This document shows, one piece after another, positions 60,071-64,000 of a DNA stretch of 64,000 nucleotides. The stretch spans positions 288,001 to 352,000 of the forward strand of contig CAVQMO010000003.1 of assembly GCA_963713605.1 (NCBI GenBank). The letters run 5' to 3'. The DNA is from an uncultured Nitrososphaerales archaeon (GTDB lineage: Archaea; Thermoproteota; Nitrososphaeria; Nitrososphaerales; Nitrososphaeraceae). How positions within the stretch are numbered: the first letter of the stretch is position 1; the number at the start of each line of letters is the position of its first letter. Position numbers and translations under genes: made by a program. The notes beneath the pieces are model-generated. The model searched no databases. It was not told the DNA's origin and worked only from the letters and a program-made list of their open reading frames with translations.

Positions 60071-60113
60071 CATTATTTATCGTTAGCGGAAGCAATACTC
60101 CAAACAATGAACA
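60071..60113 (-). promoter_or_regulatory. promoter/operator copy 2, in the divergent region before the Lrp gene
   Basis: CATTATTTATCGTTAGCGGAAGCAATACTCCAAACAATGAACA. Confidence 0.6.
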
Positions 60114-60152
60114 GTAAGTTTAAATCATTGACTCCTCTTAGTAAAGGGAACC

Positions 60153-61163
60153 ATGCAAATTCAGCGGCTTTTTTTGGATGAAAAAGATCTCAAAATTATT
60201 AGAATTCTGTCAAAAGATTGTAGAGAATCCTTCATGAGTATAGGATCTGCCATTGGTATGACATCCAAGAGTGTGAAAGCCAGAGTGGACAGAATGATCT
60301 CCAGTGGGGTAATTGAAAAATTTGTCCTTAAAGTAAATCCAGTTGCACTTGGATACGGAATTGGTTGTATGCTCATCGTACGTGAACATACTGCAAATAT
60401 AGATGATATTATCAATCGATTGAATCTAGTTGGAGATGTATCAATTCACTCCAAATGCATGGGAGGCATTTCTACGTTTTGTCTAGCTATAAAGGAAGGG
60501 CATGAGGATAAGCTTAGACTTCTCCTTGATTCACTTAAACCCGCTAGCGTCCGTATCATGTTTACAAGCAAATTATCACATTCGTCGTCAGCTTCAGATT
60601 CAACACTACCATCATCAAATATGAGTAAAAGATATGAACTCACAGAGACAGATCTAAGAATAATTAAATGTCTTATATCCAACCCTAGGATGGAAATGAA
60701 TGATATAGCTAGAGCGACTTCCATATCAGGTAGAACAGTTAACCGAAGACTGACAAAGTTGAAGGAGGATAACGTGCTAAAATTCTTTATCTTGTGTAAC
60801 CCTGTTCATACCGTAGGGTATATTCAATTTGCACTTGTAGTAAATACACTTGACAGGTCATCTTACCATCAGATAGTTGGGCACATTTACGAACAATTAG
60901 GTGAGAATATCCTTTTCCAGCTTCCTATAACTGATCCAGATAATGTATTAACTTTTCTTTTATTTAGCCAAGATATCTTCGCAGCTGATGGCATTCTGAA
61001 GAAAGTTGAATCGTTTGATGGTGTGAAAAGGGTTGAACTGTTTATGCTCACGGATACAACCTCTTATGACGAATGGGTGCTAAGGGAGATAGACAAAAAA
61101 CTGAATATCCCTATTACAAGACACAATGAAGATTTGGGGCCTCTTCTAGAGATTAGCAGTTAG
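60153..61163 (+). CDS. tandem (double) Lrp/AsnC-family regulator
   Basis: LDEKDLKIIRILSKDCR and LTETDLRIIKCLISNPR, each followed by HTH and NP...GY. Confidence 0.88.
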   Translation: MQIQRLFLDEKDLKIIRILSKDCRESFMSIGSAIGMTSKSVKARVDRMISSGVIEKFVLKVNPVALGYGIGCMLIVREHTANIDDIINRLNLVGDVSIHSKCMGGISTFCLAIKEGHEDKLRLLLDSLKPASVRIMFTSKLSHSSSASDSTLPSSNMSKRYELTETDLRIIKCLISNPRMEMNDIARATSISGRTVNRRLTKLKEDNVLKFFILCNPVHTVGYIQFALVVNTLDRSSYHQIVGHIYEQLGENILFQLPITDPDNVLTFLLFSQDIFAADGILKKVESFDGVKRVELFMLTDTTSYDEWVLREIDKKLNIPITRHNEDLGPLLEISS

Positions 61164-61617
61164 TATAAATCGTTTCTTCTGACCCTTAAATTAATTCATA
61201 AATTCTTGATGTTCTATTTGCCAGAAACCATCGATAATTCTTGATCTGGACAACTTATCAGAGCTGGCTGTGTCTGTGGAATGAATAAACCATTAATTAT
61301 GTTCCCTCAATACTAAGAGGAGTTGGCACATATCATTGACACCTGTTTCTTTATATCTTCTTGCTAACGAGTTATAGTAGACAATTTAGATACCCAAAAT
61401 ATGATTACTTTATTTTGCGACGGACTGAATGTCTGCCGATATGTGTTAATGCGAGTAATTGCGTAATAGAGACTAGAATGCAATTTATTGTCTGCGCAAA
61501 CGTCATGATAGACCTTATAACTCATGAAATTAAGGGGTTAAGTCAGATACTAATATCAGCTGTCTGTTATTTGGAGCATTACTACCATTAACGTTAAATC
61601 ATTCAAGGGTTAATAAA

Positions 61618-62772
61618 ATGGTATTGGATACTTACAATGAAACGGATGCCGACTCCAAATCTCTTCAACATCTGGGTCCCGTTTGCAATTCAACATTGAG
61701 GGATGAATCGGCTCAACATCGAGCTGAATCCGGGAAGAATGACAATAAAATGAATATTCATGAGGAGCCTCACATCTTCGAAAAAGTTCTAGTCGTTGGC
61801 TTAGGTCAACTGGGCTTGCCAGTAGCAAAGTATCTTATTGACAGAGGTTTTGAAACCTATGGATACGATCTCAATAACACAGCTATGGAGCGGGCTGAGA
61901 GAATAGCTTCTGTAAGAAAAGCCACCAACCTTAATGAGATTGATGTATTCATTATTTGCGTTTCGACTCACAAGCCTGAGGATATGTTTTCCCCTCAGGT
62001 AGATGGATTATTATCGATAGTTAAGGAAATTTCAAGGGGAGCCAAGAATGGTGCACTTGTTTCTATAGAGAGTACTATTCCCAGAGGAACTTCTAAAAAG
62101 ATATTTGAGATGCTCAACCATAGATTACATGTAGCACATGCACCTCATAGGTTTTATTCATTGGAAGAAAAAGATCATGGAATCAACCAGCTCCGTGTTA
62201 TAGGAGGAGTATGCGACTGTTGTCTTAAGAATGCCATACGGTTCTATGGTTATTCAACGGATGCTGGTAAGGATGTTATTATGAATAGTAAAGAAGGTAG
62301 TTGTAACAGTATTGTCATTCAGGGCAGTACCACTGGAGGACAATACTACAGGAATGATATAGCTAGGAATAGGAGCCAGGAAAGTACCAAGAATTTAGGG
62401 ATACCTTTGCATCCTGTATCTAACATAGAGATAGCCGAGATATCAAAGATTGCGGAAAATGCCCATAGATACTTACAAATAGCTTTTGCAGAAGATCTCT
62501 ATTTATATAGCCAGGCAAACGAAATAAACTTTGCAGAATTAAGAGAAGCTCTGAATACTAAATGGAATGTAAATATACTTGAGCCGAGGGACGGAATAGG
62601 TGGACACTGCTTGCCCAAGGATACCAAGATGTTCCTGCAATCTTCACGTTCTCCAAACAAGAGTAAAATATTAGACGCTGCCATCGAAGTCGACCGCGCC
62701 TATAGAGAATATAGACAGGCAAAAGATATTGCTTCGAAGCAGAGAACTGGTAATCTGAAATCCCAGACCTAA
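61618..62772 (+). CDS. nucleotide-sugar dehydrogenase-like protein lacking the C-terminal domain
   Basis: VVGLGQLGLP, ESTIP, KIAENAHR, GIGGHCLPKD. Confidence 0.85.
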   Translation: MVLDTYNETDADSKSLQHLGPVCNSTLRDESAQHRAESGKNDNKMNIHEEPHIFEKVLVVGLGQLGLPVAKYLIDRGFETYGYDLNNTAMERAERIASVRKATNLNEIDVFIICVSTHKPEDMFSPQVDGLLSIVKEISRGAKNGALVSIESTIPRGTSKKIFEMLNHRLHVAHAPHRFYSLEEKDHGINQLRVIGGVCDCCLKNAIRFYGYSTDAGKDVIMNSKEGSCNSIVIQGSTTGGQYYRNDIARNRSQESTKNLGIPLHPVSNIEIAEISKIAENAHRYLQIAFAEDLYLYSQANEINFAELREALNTKWNVNILEPRDGIGGHCLPKDTKMFLQSSRSPNKSKILDAAIEVDRAYREYRQAKDIASKQRTGNLKSQT

Positions 62773-62775
62773 CTG

Positions 62776-63054
62776 ATGGCAGCATTAAAAACAGTTATTG
62801 GGCATCAATTGGAGAATCAGAAAACAAAATATATTGCGTATGTCGCTTTTCTGGTTCTTACATCCATGCTGGTAGTTTACTCTGTCATGCTGCTTCTTCA
62901 GGATATTTCAATTTTTGGCAAATCAGACGAGCAAACCATCCAGTTTTACTTGTCCATCTCAAGTATTGTTTCTTCCTCTTCCTCTTCAAATCCAACTGAT
63001 ATTGGAACAGTTACCCAAATAATGACCAAACCGCAAACATTAATAGCGACTTAG
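62776..63054 (+). CDS. membrane-anchored hypothetical protein, possibly truncated
   Basis: N-terminal TM; frame stays open about 50 codons past the TAG. Confidence 0.4.
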   Translation: MAALKTVIGHQLENQKTKYIAYVAFLVLTSMLVVYSVMLLLQDISIFGKSDEQTIQFYLSISSIVSSSSSSNPTDIGTVTQIMTKPQTLIAT

Positions 63055-63555
63055 GCTCCAGGTATATCGTCGCCAACAATTGAGATAGATCGTAACATTT
63101 CCGTCGAGTTAATCAATAAGAGAATAGACGACAGTTCAGTGGATATTAAAGACTCTCAGGGATTCTATCCTGTCTGTAACATACTCGGTGATCCCGCCGG
63201 AATTTGAAAGATAAATTGCTACACTATTGGACTGTAGAGTATAGAATTCTGCCTAAAAAAGACTCGTGTTGTCACCTAATCGGAGCCACAGTTCCGTCAT
63301 GGCTAAATAAAAGGACACTATTAATGTACTTATGAGAGCCCCGCAAGAAATTGTGATTTGTGAATACAATTATTATGGGAATTCATCTTATTGCAATCAT
63401 CAGAATGAACAAAGGCATGATAAAATTAACTTTCCAGTTTGTGGCATTAAGAATACAATAATAGGAAGCTCGAACTCAAGGAGCAAACATATTTACAATC
63501 TCCAGGAGTACGACAAGGCCTTTAGGACAGTGATTTCAATAATTTTACCTCAAAT

Positions 63556-63750
63556 ATGAAGAAGATTTCTTTGCCTTGCAAGTGTAAATTAGGATGGGAC
63601 GAAACAGAAATTTCTTTGATTATGTGTAATATTCATTATAATGCGTACCTTGATGCAGGGTTTAATACTCCAGCAGACGATTTTATCAAGCTCGTGGCCA
63701 GTCCTAAAGGCTCACATTACTCTCATGAAATACTAGAAAGTCTAAGGTAG
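63556..63750 (+). CDS. small CxC...CxxH protein
   Basis: LPCKCKLGW...MCNIHY. Confidence 0.45.
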   Translation: MKKISLPCKCKLGWDETEISLIMCNIHYNAYLDAGFNTPADDFIKLVASPKGSHYSHEILESLR

Positions 63751-64000
63751 ATTGATTGAGATCATAAACCGTGTTGAGCTAGATCTCGTTCATGGTTTGG
63801 TTTCCAGGTTTTATGTCCTTCCTAGAGAAGGGACTTTTCTAGATGACATATCCTTAATGTCTGGACATTTACTCCGAACCGAGTAATACTTTTTGCTGTT
63901 ATCATTTTGTTGTCATTGTTGTTCTACCAACTATCGCTATTTGATTCGCGTTCAAACTTCTGGGATTAGGCTGACACAAGAAAAACCTCTATATAATACG

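Overview
AT-rich archaeal DNA, most consistent with a soil ammonia-oxidising archaeon (Nitrososphaeraceae). This is inferred from stand-alone TRAM proteins, an F420-type LLM oxidoreductase, a pyruvoyl arginine decarboxylase, the Nitrososphaera-type kinase N-terminus, TATA boxes about 25-35 nt before starts and poly-T terminators. The window is a low-density accessory region of mostly monocistronic genes: regulators (2 HxlR, double Lrp/AsnC, RHH, HK, RR), transporters (PstS, 3 MFS, SemiSWEET, VIT1 fragment), redox proteins, GlmS, PdaD, an NHL protein, a HerA-like ATPase, a DUF5678-like plus retropepsin pair, many small Cys/His proteins and many gene remnants. I saw no rRNA, tRNA, CRISPR array or transposase. 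About a dozen genes are broken by an isolated extra base, which may be sequencing error. Best leads: a 49-aa zinc ribbon with a His/Gly/Cys tail missed by the ORF track, a dispersed GTAGGACGACC hairpin family, the DUF5678-like/retropepsin pair, a duplicated promoter/operator beside the Lrp regulator, an orphan HerA-like ATPase, and a decayed TOPRIM-like gene. All family calls come from motif recognition by eye, with no database search.
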